Shown here one piece after another: positions 37,602 through 47,222 of a DNA stretch of 64,000 bases (its first letter is position 1; every line of letters starts with the position of its first letter). Origin of the DNA: a virus; the IMG/VR virus record IMGVR_UViG_3300035703_000054, positions 15,267-79,266 of that record. One strand, 5' to 3'. Made by a program: the position numbers and the translations under genes. A model generated the notes under the pieces. It had not been told where the DNA came from. It worked only from the letters and a program-made list of their open reading frames with translations, and searched no databases.

Positions 37602-37916
37602 TCACTCTTTTAGATGGGTACTGCGGATACCCATTTCGCCTCCTAGTAACTGCTGGGCTTTAGAGCCGTCTGGAGGTAATTCGTAATATTCGCTCTTTGG
37701 TTTCTCCGCTCTTTCCCAGTCTTTGTGCAATTGCTCTATTTGTCTGTCGACATCCGCTAATGCCGATTCAATTCGCCACAGTACCCAATCGTGTTTGCAG
37801 TATATTAGTATTATTCGTACGATCTTATTATGCCTTAAACCTTTAAAACGTTCTGTTAATGCTTTAGTTATTTCGTAGCAGATTGCTAGCCAGAAGTTGT
37901 AGTTAGTTTTTTTCAT
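37602..37916 (-). CDS. Hypothetical protein
   Basis: Coiled-coil segment. Confidence 0.5.
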   Translation of the reverse strand: MKKTNYNFWLAICYEITKALTERFKGLRHNKIVRIILIYCKHDWVLWRIESALADVDRQIEQLHKDWERAEKPKSEYYELPPDGSKAQQLLGGEMGIRSTHLKE

Positions 37917-38172
37917 TGATCCTGCTCAGTATTAATTGATCTAACTTATCGTTAATATGATTTAGACGATCTCGAATATCTAATAATCCCGCATTTAATT
38001 CGGATTTCATGGCGTATATAGCCGGGATTTCTCCGACCTTATTTTCGACATCCTCTAGTCGTTTTTTGATCGAGTTGAAACGATCGTTAATGACACTCTG
38101 CCGTTGTTGGTGCGACCATGTAAGAAAACCAAGCACCGTTGCCGCAGCCGCGACTAAAGCTTCCGGACCCAT
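37903..38172 (-). CDS. Membrane-anchored coiled-coil protein
   Basis: N-terminal hydrophobic ALVAAAATVLGFLTW then heptads. Confidence 0.55.
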   Translation of the reverse strand: MGPEALVAAAATVLGFLTWSHQQRQSVINDRFNSIKKRLEDVENKVGEIPAIYAMKSELNAGLLDIRDRLNHINDKLDQLILSRINEKN

Positions 38173-38263
38173 TTACTTGGCTTAGCTATTTAAATTTTAA
38201 AGGTCGGCACTCTCGTTACATGCTTAAATTTCTACTAAACTGTGTGTAAACGGCGGACAGATC

Positions 38264-38701
38264 GTGTCTCAGTTCACTAAGAACCTTGAGCTAAATACTG
38301 TAGTCAATAGCGGTCTGACCGACGCCTCGCGCCGTACAGGATCGACGCATTTCGATCAGCGCCGTATTCTCGACGCCAGCGGCGTGGTTGTCGTTGATTC
38401 TTCCAGCCGTACGTACGCTGCTGATGGTTCTTACGGGATATCTGATTATTATCCTTTGACCGTAAACGCTACCGGCATCCTGCAGGTTGATATTCGAGAT
38501 CAGAACAGCTGCGGTGATGTCATTATTTTGGATTCGAGCGGGGAGGAGGTGATGACTGCTTCTCCCTCCAAGTTCAGCAGCCGGAACAGTACTGTTACTC
38601 AGCAGCGAATTGCCAGCAGCGGTGCTTATTACGCCTATATTCAGTTGAAAGGCCGTTCCGGTTCTGAGTATCGGATCGGCATTGATGTTCAAGTTCAGTG
38701 A
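38264..38701 (+). CDS. Hypothetical beta-sandwich protein
   Basis: C-terminal SSGAYYAYIQ...EYRIGI resembles PPC-like domains. Confidence 0.5.
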   Translation: MSQFTKNLELNTVVNSGLTDASRRTGSTHFDQRRILDASGVVVVDSSSRTYAADGSYGISDYYPLTVNATGILQVDIRDQNSCGDVIILDSSGEEVMTASPSKFSSRNSTVTQQRIASSGAYYAYIQLKGRSGSEYRIGIDVQVQ

Positions 38702-39936
38702 ACGTTTCCGCCAAAGGTCTTGATTTAATCAAGCGTTTTGAGGGTTGTGAGCTAACTTCTTATCAAGATATTGGCGGCGTCTGGACAATTGGCTGGGGTA
38801 CGACTGGTCCTCACGTCGGCCCTAAACTAACAATCACTCAAGCCCAAGCCGACACGTGGCTTCAGGAGAGTGTCAACAAGTTTGCTGACGGCGTCCATAA
38901 CCTTCTTAGGGTTTCGGTCAATCAAAATCAATTTGATGCTCTGGTCAGCTTTTCGTACAACGTAGGTATAGGAGCTTTCAAAAGTTCTACCCTTTTACGT
39001 TTACTGAACGATGGTGCCGAAACATCTGTTGTCGCATCTGAGTTTCTCCGTTGGACTAAAGTCGACGGAAAGGTTATCGAAGGCTTAAAAAATCGCCGAG
39101 AGGCTGAGCGCGAGCTATTTTTAACCAAGGTTTTGCATCCGCTCTTGTCTGCTTCTATCCTTGCCCAGCGGGACACCTGGCTAAAGCGGGAGCCCAAGCA
39201 AGCCTCTGACCTGGCGGCCGAACAAAAGCTTTTCGTCCCTAAGGGCTCAGCACACCGCTGGCAGGCCATCACGATGGTTCCCGGCGAGAAGCACTACAAG
39301 CTGACTCTGGAGGCGCAGCCTGACCGCTCGTGGTGGATGTGGCCCAATGATTTCAAGATCATCAACGACCCCGCTCCAGTCGAAGACGAGACGGTAACTC
39401 ACCCTCAGCCCTTAGTTCTTTCGGTTCCCTATTACAGCCAGCGAGATAACCAAACAGATCCCATGCGCACTTGCTTTTCCAGCAGTTGCGCCATGCTTTT
39501 AAAATTTCTCAAACCCAACAGTATCTCTGGAGATGATCAGTACATTAAAACTGTATATAAGTACGGAGATACAACGTCTGCTGCCTCTCAGCTTTCTGCG
39601 CTGTCTTCTTACGGGTTGAAAGCTGAATTTTGTCAGGACTTTGGTTGGAGTGATATTGACTCCCAGTTGGTGCGCGGTATCCCTGTCCCTATTGGTATTC
39701 TTCATCACGGACCTGTCAGCGCTCCTACAGGCGGTGGTCACTGGATCGTGATTATCGGTCGCAACGAGGACAATACAAGGTACGTTGTGAACGACCCCTT
39801 CGGCGAGTTAGACCTCGTTAACGGCGGTTACGTTTCCACCAACGGCAAAGGGCTGCTTTACTCTAAGAAGAACCTAGGCCCCCGCTTCCTCGTGGAAGGC
39901 CCTGGGAGCGGCTGGGCTATTCGAGCTTTCAAATGA
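38698..39936 (+). CDS. Modular endolysin: GH24 lysozyme + C39-like peptidase
   Basis: IKRFEG...YQDIGGVWTIGWG, NQFDALVSFSYNVG, GLKNRREAE; VPYYSQRDN..TCFSSS..GHW..NDPFG. Confidence 0.88.
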   Translation: MNVSAKGLDLIKRFEGCELTSYQDIGGVWTIGWGTTGPHVGPKLTITQAQADTWLQESVNKFADGVHNLLRVSVNQNQFDALVSFSYNVGIGAFKSSTLLRLLNDGAETSVVASEFLRWTKVDGKVIEGLKNRREAERELFLTKVLHPLLSASILAQRDTWLKREPKQASDLAAEQKLFVPKGSAHRWQAITMVPGEKHYKLTLEAQPDRSWWMWPNDFKIINDPAPVEDETVTHPQPLVLSVPYYSQRDNQTDPMRTCFSSSCAMLLKFLKPNSISGDDQYIKTVYKYGDTTSAASQLSALSSYGLKAEFCQDFGWSDIDSQLVRGIPVPIGILHHGPVSAPTGGGHWIVIIGRNEDNTRYVVNDPFGELDLVNGGYVSTNGKGLLYSKKNLGPRFLVEGPGSGWAIRAFK

Positions 39937-40118
39937 ATTCAATTGATTGGGATAACATTGCACGCTGCGCAGATCTGCGTGCTTCCGCCAAAACCTTTAG
40001 CTGGGATGAAGAAGAGTCTCCCCTCGGAGATTTGATAACCAGAGAAATGGCTCGAATGTTAAGCTACAGAGCCACCCTTATTGCCAACCTAGTGGAGTGT
40101 TGGTGTCAACCGCTATGA
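39933..40118 (+). CDS. Hypothetical protein
   Basis: ATGA coupling. Confidence 0.45.
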   Translation: MNSIDWDNIARCADLRASAKTFSWDEEESPLGDLITREMARMLSYRATLIANLVECWCQPL

Positions 40119-40333
40119 CTTTCGAGGGATTCGATTGGCAAGGAGTTTTAGATACTTGGGATGTTAAAGCTGAGCAGCGTAAAGCTGACTTTATGGAGTT
40201 TTTATACGATATGTATGAGCCTGAGAACGGTTTGTACACAGGTTTATGGCAGCGGTTTAAAGACGATATTGCTTGCGGTATGCGCGACAAATTCTTTGAG
40301 GACAAGTTAACGATAGAAACTTCGGACTCCTGA
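40097..40333 (+). CDS. Conserved cyanophage-type hypothetical protein
   Basis: QRKADFMEFLYDMY....GLYTGLWQRF. Confidence 0.6.
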   Translation: MLVSTAMTFEGFDWQGVLDTWDVKAEQRKADFMEFLYDMYEPENGLYTGLWQRFKDDIACGMRDKFFEDKLTIETSDS

Positions 40334-40365
40334 GCCTCTTATAATTTGTATGTGCTGAGGTTGGT

Positions 40366-40587
40366 ATGTCCCGCGATTACGACAGGGAGTATGACACCTA
40401 CCACGCGACCGAAGCGCAAAAAAAACGTCGTGCGGCTCGTAATAAAGCTCGCCGGATGATGGAGAAAAATGGCCGTGTCTCAAAAGGAGACGGCAAAGAA
40501 GTTGACCATAAGAACAAAAACCCGTTAGATAATTCACCTGATAATCTTAGAATTAGGAGTAAGACTGCGAATCGGCGAGATCAGTAA
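40366..40587 (+). CDS. Minimal HNH-like protein
   Basis: GDGKEVDHKNKNPLDNSPDNLRIRSKTANR. Confidence 0.75.
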   Translation: MSRDYDREYDTYHATEAQKKRRAARNKARRMMEKNGRVSKGDGKEVDHKNKNPLDNSPDNLRIRSKTANRRDQ

Positions 40588-41084
40588 TGGCGATTGTTCC
40601 AGGAACCGGCACAGGTAAGCAGCCCGAGGCTATGCCTCAGATGCAGTTTCCCCCTGGCTTGCTTGGTTACAATCGAGAACCTGATTTAAGCCTCCGCCGC
40701 GTTACGACGCTGGATGTTCCGACCCGCGTGGCAGCTCAGCTTGAGCACGATCGAGGTGTTTACATTAGACCCCCCGTGCAGGCGGTGGAGTACGCGCCCG
40801 GCAATATCAAAACCAGCCACTACCCAACTGGTGCAGCTGGGTACAACCCGCGTGCCATCGCTGCTCCTGATAGCGCCGATGACATGAGCCAGGCACAGTA
40901 CATGATGTCGCTAGCTCAGAATAAACCCGAGGAAAGGCTGCGCATGCAGCAGGAGCTTTTGCTTCTAGCTAAGCAGAATTTCCTTAACACTCGGGCTGTG
41001 CCTACTGATTACGCTTTAAATACACATAACACGGTGAATAATCTGATGTCTTTAGCTAAGGTTAAAAAGCAAGGTAACGTCTGA
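40587..41084 (+). CDS. Hypothetical protein
   Basis: TAATG coupling. Confidence 0.55.
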   Translation: MAIVPGTGTGKQPEAMPQMQFPPGLLGYNREPDLSLRRVTTLDVPTRVAAQLEHDRGVYIRPPVQAVEYAPGNIKTSHYPTGAAGYNPRAIAAPDSADDMSQAQYMMSLAQNKPEERLRMQQELLLLAKQNFLNTRAVPTDYALNTHNTVNNLMSLAKVKKQGNV

Positions 41085-41218
41085 TGTATCATTCAAACGA
41101 TTTTCCGATTAGGATGGCCGGGCAGCGCCTGAACCTCGATGCGGTGCGCTTAGCGGGCACGACGCCCTCTGAGATCACTCGCCGTCTTCGGTATCAGGAA
41201 GCTTTCCCTAAATCCTGA
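41084..41218 (+). CDS. Small hypothetical protein (44 aa)
   Basis: TGATG coupling; MYHSNDFPIRMAGQRL... Confidence 0.4.
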   Translation: MYHSNDFPIRMAGQRLNLDAVRLAGTTPSEITRRLRYQEAFPKS

Positions 41219-41227
41219 TCTTTCCAC

Positions 41228-41950
41228 GTGGATCCTAAATTCAGGGTGGATGTACTGAATCAAACAGTGCATCCGCAAACTCTCGTTTGGTTTGCCCTTC
41301 ATCAAGATTATTCAGAGACTTACGTTTTTACAGAGGATCCTCCGAACGAATCTAGAGCTGGCGAAGTCATCACAAAGCGGTTGCTCGCAGGCGAACGCGG
41401 GCATTACGGTCCGCTAGAGCACCCGTCCATCACATTCAGCTGCGGGTTTTTTCCTCACTCCGTGATGCAACAGGCGCGCACGCACCGCGTGGCCGTATCC
41501 TTCGATGTTCAGTCGATGCGCTACACGGGTAATCGTATTTGCCAGGCTGCGGATGGTTTGGTTGATCTGGAGGATGTCTTTTATTTGCGCCCTGTAGGTA
41601 CTTATTCCGACCGCCAAGGAAAAAAATATACCTACACCGAGGAGCACCGCAGTGAAGATCTAGTTATTTGTAAAGCCGCTGCTCAGCGTTACTGCCATAT
41701 GATTCGCTATCTGGGGCATGCAGAAGAGCACGCGCGAGGCATTCTGCCCTTTGATTTCCGGCAGCACTTTGTCGTCACGTTCAGCATGCGCTCCTTCCTT
41801 CACTTCATGGATCTGCGCAGCAAGCTCGATGCTCAGGAAGAGATTCGCAATCTATGCGATCTGATGTGGCCGCACTTCACTGCGTGGGCGCCTGAAATCG
41901 CAACCTGGTACGAGAAGTCTCGCTTGCACAAAGCGCGTTTAGCTCCCTAA
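41228..41950 (+). CDS. thyX: Flavin-dependent thymidylate synthase
   Basis: GHYGPLEH, QARTHRVAVSFDVQSMRY, EHARGILP, FMDLRS. Confidence 0.92.
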   Translation: MDPKFRVDVLNQTVHPQTLVWFALHQDYSETYVFTEDPPNESRAGEVITKRLLAGERGHYGPLEHPSITFSCGFFPHSVMQQARTHRVAVSFDVQSMRYTGNRICQAADGLVDLEDVFYLRPVGTYSDRQGKKYTYTEEHRSEDLVICKAAAQRYCHMIRYLGHAEEHARGILPFDFRQHFVVTFSMRSFLHFMDLRSKLDAQEEIRNLCDLMWPHFTAWAPEIATWYEKSRLHKARLAP

Positions 41951-42003
41951 AGCGAAAGCCGGGGTTCATGGCCCCAGCTTCTTCGCCTTCGCGCGTTCTT
42001 TAA

Positions 42004-42627
42004 CTATAGCAGTTTTGTCCAGGGATCTACGGATTCTTGGGCATTTTCTTTTTTGGGGACCATCGGCGCTTGCGGCTTAGGCATTGCGGGCATCTGCATG
42101 AGGATGCTTTGCATTGTCGCCACCTGTTGCTTGAGAGTCGTGTTTTCGGCGACTAGAGCTTCGGCTTGGTTGCGTGCCCACGCTGTGGCGTTAGCTGTGA
42201 GTTGATCTAGGACGTTCTCTGGGTGCGGAAACTTGTAAAACGTACCCGCCTCTGTCGAGACCTTTTGTCCCCCTTGGTTTTCGGCCAGGGATTCCAGAAA
42301 GGTTTCGATCCGCTCTAGATCTACGCCTGTTTCAAAAGCAAGCTCTTGGGGAACCAGCATCCCCATATTTTTTGTGTAGAGAGCTGTGAATTTCTGAGCG
42401 ACTCTTAAGCTTTCCGCTCGATCTTCTTTTTGTTTCCTTGTTAACTCGCTTGCTGATGCGGCTCCAGCCAGCAACCCACCCGCAGCGGCAATCGCCGTGG
42501 ACAGGTGGGCAGGCTGAACGAGAGCAACGGTGAAGGTCAGCACACCGCCGAACAGCAAGGTTGCGCCGTTAAGCAGACTCGACGGGGATTTGATCATGAG
42601 CTTCGAAGGCCGGTTTCCAGAGAGCAC
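42004..42627 (-). CDS. Two-TM membrane protein with coiled coil
   Basis: Two hydrophobic segments at the N-terminus. Confidence 0.55.
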   Translation of the reverse strand: MLSGNRPSKLMIKSPSSLLNGATLLFGGVLTFTVALVQPAHLSTAIAAAGGLLAGAASASELTRKQKEDRAESLRVAQKFTALYTKNMGMLVPQELAFETGVDLERIETFLESLAENQGGQKVSTEAGTFYKFPHPENVLDQLTANATAWARNQAEALVAENTTLKQQVATMQSILMQMPAMPKPQAPMVPKKENAQESVDPWTKLL

Positions 42628-45337
42628 TGTCAGGGTTAGAAGCCCACTCGACCGGAGACGGTAAGCGGTTTGAACCGGCCGCCGCTCGATCGGTCGAGGG
42701 GTCGTACGGCTTCAATCGTAGTCCGGTGAATACGGCTTTGCCATTCACAAACTTAGGCCCAACACCCTCGACCTTGAGCACGTTCCTAATGGTTTCTTTC
42801 AATCGGTCAACGAAGCGAGGTTTTGCTGAGTGCTTGTATCCGTTTGATTTGCAGAAATTGACGTAGCTCGCATACAATTCTGTGTATGCGTTTTTAACGA
42901 ACATACCCTTCTCAGCCTCGTCCGTGTTGGGTCTGAAAGCACCAGCTCCAATCAACCCGTGGCTATTAGGTGCGTACATCGTGCACTCTGCTAGCCAAGC
43001 CACATACGGATTGTTGAAGATCAGCGCTTCGAGGTTGGTCGCGTTGAGCGAAGGCACGTGCTTGACGGGGTTAGCCAGCACGTCGCGCATTTCATCGAAG
43101 GGCATATCAAGAGCCCAGGAGACCACACCGCTCAGCTCGGGGACAAGGTCGCCCTCCAATCGATCTGCGTATACGTTCAGAAGGTCGCGCCGCTGGGACG
43201 CCGGTACGACCTTGTCCATAATGATCGTTAGGCGGCGACGCTCTAGACCGCTGCTGATGTCCGAGGAGCTGATATGCTCGTTAGATGCGATACAGACCAG
43301 TACTTCTGGCTTGAAGTTAATTACTTCTTTACCATATTTACGCTCAGCTCTCAGCGTATCTGATGCGGACGTAATCTTTTTTAGAACATCTAAGCGTTTG
43401 TTAAAGTTAGCCTCGTCTGTAAGTAGCAGAAGTTTCTTGCCGATTAGGTTGTAGCATTCAAACTTATTTGTTTCGATCGTTTCCAGGTTACTGGTGTGAG
43501 TACCGGAGAACCCAGCTAGTGCAATCAACAGCTGCTGCATTGTTGATTTACCTGTTCCACCAGGACCGACGAGGTGGAGGAAACGCTCCCCCGTGGTGTA
43601 CCCCGTCAGAAGCGCACGGCAAAACGCCCGAATGATGATCTTCTTGTCCTGCCCAATGCACGAGTCCAACCACGCGTGGAAGTTTGGACACTGAGCGGCT
43701 TTGTCGTACGGAAACGCGAGCTTGCTGCGTAGATAGAGCTCTTTCTGGCTGCCCTCCTGGAACCCCATCGAGTTCCCGTCTAGGACACCGTTTTTGAAGG
43801 GGATCTGCCCTTTGCTGCTGCTCCAGATGGACACCCGTCCACCGTTCACAGATTTAAGCAGTTTGCCTTTGAGGATCTGGAAAACCGAGCTAACGGTCGA
43901 TGCGCTGTAGCGAGGCATCACACCCGCAGCTACAAATGTATCTAGTGTTTTTATAATCCTTCGTTTGATGTGCTGTTCGTCTTGTACGTACCAGATACCT
44001 TCGTCTACGTCGTATGTAAAGAACTCATCCAAAGAAGAGTCAAACAGAAATTCATTACCGTAATTATTGACGATGATATCTGCGACATCGTTCTCAGAAA
44101 ACTGACGGTTTCCCTGCTGCAGCTGGACCAGCTGAGCCGGAGTCGACGGCGTGGAGGCCATGGGATCGGGGGGTGTAGATGTTGATGTTGGTGTTGCTGC
44201 CGGTTTCGTATCCATCTCTCGAACTAAATCGTCGAAAGTGAGTACGGAGTTGGCTGGCTTTGGTTTTTTCGACGCGATTTCTGTACGTACATTGTCCGTA
44301 CATTTTGCTTCGAAAATTTCTCTGTGAGTGCTCTTAAGTCTCTTCCAGGCAGCTAAAGACCCATCGTCTGACGCCATGACCACAGCGGGCTGCAGCGTTT
44401 CAGGATCTGTGATGCTGTTCAGGATCCGGTTGAATTTGCCATCCAGTACAGGGTCGTATTCGTAGACATTCTCGAACACCCGGTGTGCGGTTGTCAAGGG
44501 CTGTTCGCGTGTCGCGATGCCTTGAGCGTTCAGCCAGTTGCTCCAGCCGATGATTTCCTTGAGGGCAATCGCCAGCGCAAAGGAGCGGTCTTCAACTTCT
44601 TCGCCATCCAGCATTGACCGGACTGTGCTGCTGACCAGGCGTTCGAGGTCAACCCCCTCTGGCGATTGCTGCGTGTTTAAGTGCTGCTCCGCATCCCGTA
44701 CCGCCTCTTCCGGAGGAGGCAGCGTGGCATATACAGCGTATGCCTCATCAATCTTAGATGCCGGTATGAATTTATCTGTGACGACCAGTAAGCTAGAAGT
44801 TCCTTTTCCGCCGTAAAATAAATTGACGGCTTGGGTAGCACGCCTGTCTGATCCTGGTATTTGTTGCGCAATGTGCCTGGTAAACCATTGGTAGAACCCG
44901 GCGTCGATTATTGGTTTCTCTAAACCAAACACCAAACGAAACCTAGGCCAAGTCTCTGTGTGAGACGGAGACAGGTAGGCGAGACTCAGATATTTATTAC
45001 AGATGTTTAGTTCTAGTGCCTGAGCTACGTCCAGTTCTTGCTTTTGTATCTTGTTGCCGTCTTTATCTTTTCCATCTGCTTGGTTGTCGATGTCGATGAT
45101 GATCAAACCGGCTTTGATTGCACCGGTATTGCCCTCGCGTCTTCGCCCATCGACAAGGTGCCAGGCACACAAGCCAGCCTGCTGCGTGGTGACAGCATCA
45201 GCTAGCGCCGCGATGTCCTTTTCTTGGGAAAGCCAGTTGTTGTTGAAAGCGGCGAAGTTGCCCCCCGCCGCGATCTTGCCCGTCGCAGGGTTGACGTACT
45301 CAGAGACTGCGTAGTTGATTGAGAAGAAAAAGTCCAT
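42569..45337 (-). CDS. Primase-helicase (D5/P4-like SF3 helicase with N-terminal primase-like domain)
   Basis: Walker A GPGGTGKST, IPFKNGVLD, LLTDEANF, CIASNE, LERRR; N-terminal IIIDIDN and YLSPSH. Confidence 0.88.
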   Translation of the reverse strand: MDFFFSINYAVSEYVNPATGKIAAGGNFAAFNNNWLSQEKDIAALADAVTTQQAGLCAWHLVDGRRREGNTGAIKAGLIIIDIDNQADGKDKDGNKIQKQELDVAQALELNICNKYLSLAYLSPSHTETWPRFRLVFGLEKPIIDAGFYQWFTRHIAQQIPGSDRRATQAVNLFYGGKGTSSLLVVTDKFIPASKIDEAYAVYATLPPPEEAVRDAEQHLNTQQSPEGVDLERLVSSTVRSMLDGEEVEDRSFALAIALKEIIGWSNWLNAQGIATREQPLTTAHRVFENVYEYDPVLDGKFNRILNSITDPETLQPAVVMASDDGSLAAWKRLKSTHREIFEAKCTDNVRTEIASKKPKPANSVLTFDDLVREMDTKPAATPTSTSTPPDPMASTPSTPAQLVQLQQGNRQFSENDVADIIVNNYGNEFLFDSSLDEFFTYDVDEGIWYVQDEQHIKRRIIKTLDTFVAAGVMPRYSASTVSSVFQILKGKLLKSVNGGRVSIWSSSKGQIPFKNGVLDGNSMGFQEGSQKELYLRSKLAFPYDKAAQCPNFHAWLDSCIGQDKKIIIRAFCRALLTGYTTGERFLHLVGPGGTGKSTMQQLLIALAGFSGTHTSNLETIETNKFECYNLIGKKLLLLTDEANFNKRLDVLKKITSASDTLRAERKYGKEVINFKPEVLVCIASNEHISSSDISSGLERRRLTIIMDKVVPASQRRDLLNVYADRLEGDLVPELSGVVSWALDMPFDEMRDVLANPVKHVPSLNATNLEALIFNNPYVAWLAECTMYAPNSHGLIGAGAFRPNTDEAEKGMFVKNAYTELYASYVNFCKSNGYKHSAKPRFVDRLKETIRNVLKVEGVGPKFVNGKAVFTGLRLKPYDPSTDRAAAGSNRLPSPVEWASNPDSALWKPAFEAHDQIPVESA

Positions 45338-45410
45338 GGTCTCCTGACGTCAGGTCATTCTGCCACGAAACCCCTTGCGGCGCAGTGGAAGGCGCCCTTA
45401 AGAAGGTGTT

Positions 45411-46187
45411 TCACTTATTGGCAGATTCATAAAATTGCCGCAAAACCTGCAGCCATTGTTCAACGTGTTTTTCGACTTGTGCTCTACTAAAAGTGAAAAC
45501 TTGAACGGGGTACTCCGGCAGTGGAGTCGATACGATTATCTGGGTTTTGTCTATTTTTACGTCTAGACAAGTTTCCGCTGCCAGTGTGTAAGCAGCCAAT
45601 TGTAGTTGCGTTTTCTTTAGTTTAAAGACTCCACTTATTAAGGATTTTTTGACGTTATCTGGAAGGTTATCTTTTGCTTTTGGGAAGTTAGCTGAGTAGG
45701 GACCTACTGAAGTTTTGAAGTCGCCGAGAATAATTTCTCCATTTACATCTCTGTAAATGATGTCACAGCAACCGGCATATCCGTGACCTGTATTTTCGTC
45801 ATAGTAATGGATCCTGCCGATACCGTCTTCTCCGACATACCGAGACCACTGAGGTTGGTTGTACGGTTTTTCACTCCATAGAACGGTTCCTTCGTCCAGA
45901 AGTTCATCCAATTTTTCCGGCATACCTTTCCAGTATGCGAGAACATCATCCGCAGGGTGTACAGCTAGCCCTCTGATGTAGTTCTCTACAGCGTTGTGGA
46001 TGAAGGAACCCCGCGCAGCAGCGTTTTCTAGCGCACCAGGATTCATTAGATTCCAGTGCGCTAGTTTTTTACGCGTTTCCTCCGTCTGCGTGGCCGATAG
46101 GACACTTGTAACGGATGGAAGGGGTTTGGGTACTCCCGCGCAGTTGTAGTGCCTCAGGCCGTTTAGCGTAACTCTGGTTTGGGACAC
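45411..46187 (-). CDS. PD-(D/E)XK exonuclease
   Basis: LPSVTSVL, RGSFIH, SEKP, YAGCCD, ILGDFKTS, QLAAY. Confidence 0.85.
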   Translation of the reverse strand: MSQTRVTLNGLRHYNCAGVPKPLPSVTSVLSATQTEETRKKLAHWNLMNPGALENAAARGSFIHNAVENYIRGLAVHPADDVLAYWKGMPEKLDELLDEGTVLWSEKPYNQPQWSRYVGEDGIGRIHYYDENTGHGYAGCCDIIYRDVNGEIILGDFKTSVGPYSANFPKAKDNLPDNVKKSLISGVFKLKKTQLQLAAYTLAAETCLDVKIDKTQIIVSTPLPEYPVQVFTFSRAQVEKHVEQWLQVLRQFYESANK

Positions 46188-46225
46188 ATTTTTGTGTCGA
46201 TTAACCTTTAGTTTACTATTTGATT

Positions 46226-46591
46226 TTAGAACGACATCTGAAACGGTCGAGAGTCTGTATCTTCATCATCGTCATCGTCTTCATTCTGGTCCTGCTCAGT
46301 GCTTTCGTCTTCATCGGAATCCAAAAAGAATTCAGATTTTTGGTAATTAAAATCCCTGTTATGGCTGCTCAGCTCTTCGGCGAGGCAAAGACCTGCGCAA
46401 TAAGAGTCGGTAATAATCTCCGCGCACTCAGAGGCAGATCTAGCGGTTCCCTCAGGTGAGACGCACTCCTGGAGGAGTTGTTCTGATACCAATAGGGCTG
46501 TAATTTTTTCGAGAAGTGTATTTGTTTTTGTGAGTTGATCCAGAACATCTCGTTGAAATTTGTCGAACTTTTGGCGGCGAGTCATTGTCAT
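46226..46591 (-). CDS. Hypothetical protein with acidic C-terminal tail
   Basis: Likely ATG at 46591 overlapping upstream stop; DSDEDES...EDDDDDED. Confidence 0.55.
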   Translation of the reverse strand: MTMTRRQKFDKFQRDVLDQLTKTNTLLEKITALLVSEQLLQECVSPEGTARSASECAEIITDSYCAGLCLAEELSSHNRDFNYQKSEFFLDSDEDESTEQDQNEDDDDDEDTDSRPFQMSF

Positions 46592-47130
46592 GTTAAAGAG
46601 GGCAGAGGGTCGACACGGTCCCAGTCCAGACCAAAGGTTATCTGAGTTCCGTCGTGCCACTGCTCAGGGCGTTGGAAAACAAACCAGCAGCTGGTGACGG
46701 AATCCCGCGTGGAACCGATGGCTCGGAATTTAGGACGTGGATTGAGAACAATCATATTGCTGATCTTGTTTGCTAACAGAAAGCTTTTACGTTTGGCTAC
46801 TGGTTCTATGAACGACAGCCTATCTAGAACGGCTATACCTTGTGTTGCAATCTGAATACCGTATTCAAGTATATACTCTGTGTAGTCTCCTAAACCTGTT
46901 GTTGCTGCTATGACCCAATCAAACTTTTTTTCTTTCTGGCCGACCCACCAGACAGGATCCATCAGGTTTGTTTCGTCCTTGTTCTCGACGACGTTAAAGT
47001 TGTGACGTCTGAGCTGGTCGCTCAATATCGACAGCGGATCGAATGGGACTAGAACTGAGCCTGTGATGAAACTGTGCTTTATCAGCGCGTGGGTGACGCC
47101 ATTTGGGAGCTGGTAGAAGGAGTCTGCCAT
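46588..47130 (-). CDS. DNA methyltransferase-like protein lacking the NPP(Y/F) motif
   Basis: FDWVIAATTG, AVLDRLSFIEP..KR, IVLNPRPKF, DSVTSCWFVF. Confidence 0.55.
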   Translation of the reverse strand: MADSFYQLPNGVTHALIKHSFITGSVLVPFDPLSILSDQLRRHNFNVVENKDETNLMDPVWWVGQKEKKFDWVIAATTGLGDYTEYILEYGIQIATQGIAVLDRLSFIEPVAKRKSFLLANKISNMIVLNPRPKFRAIGSTRDSVTSCWFVFQRPEQWHDGTQITFGLDWDRVDPLPSLT

Positions 47131-47222
47131 TGGTCTGGGTTTCGAGCTGTCAGAGTTTAACCAAAATTTCCGGTCTATCCGGTAAATGCTGCCTATTATG
47201 ACGTCAGTGCATTCTGTAGATT

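Noticed and set aside
42882-43454. 190-aa plus-strand ORF inside the primase-helicase
   Set aside because: Antisense shadow without recognisable features
45411-46187. Cas4 call for the PD-(D/E)XK nuclease
   Set aside because: Lacks the Fe-S cysteine cluster, and no CRISPR context is present
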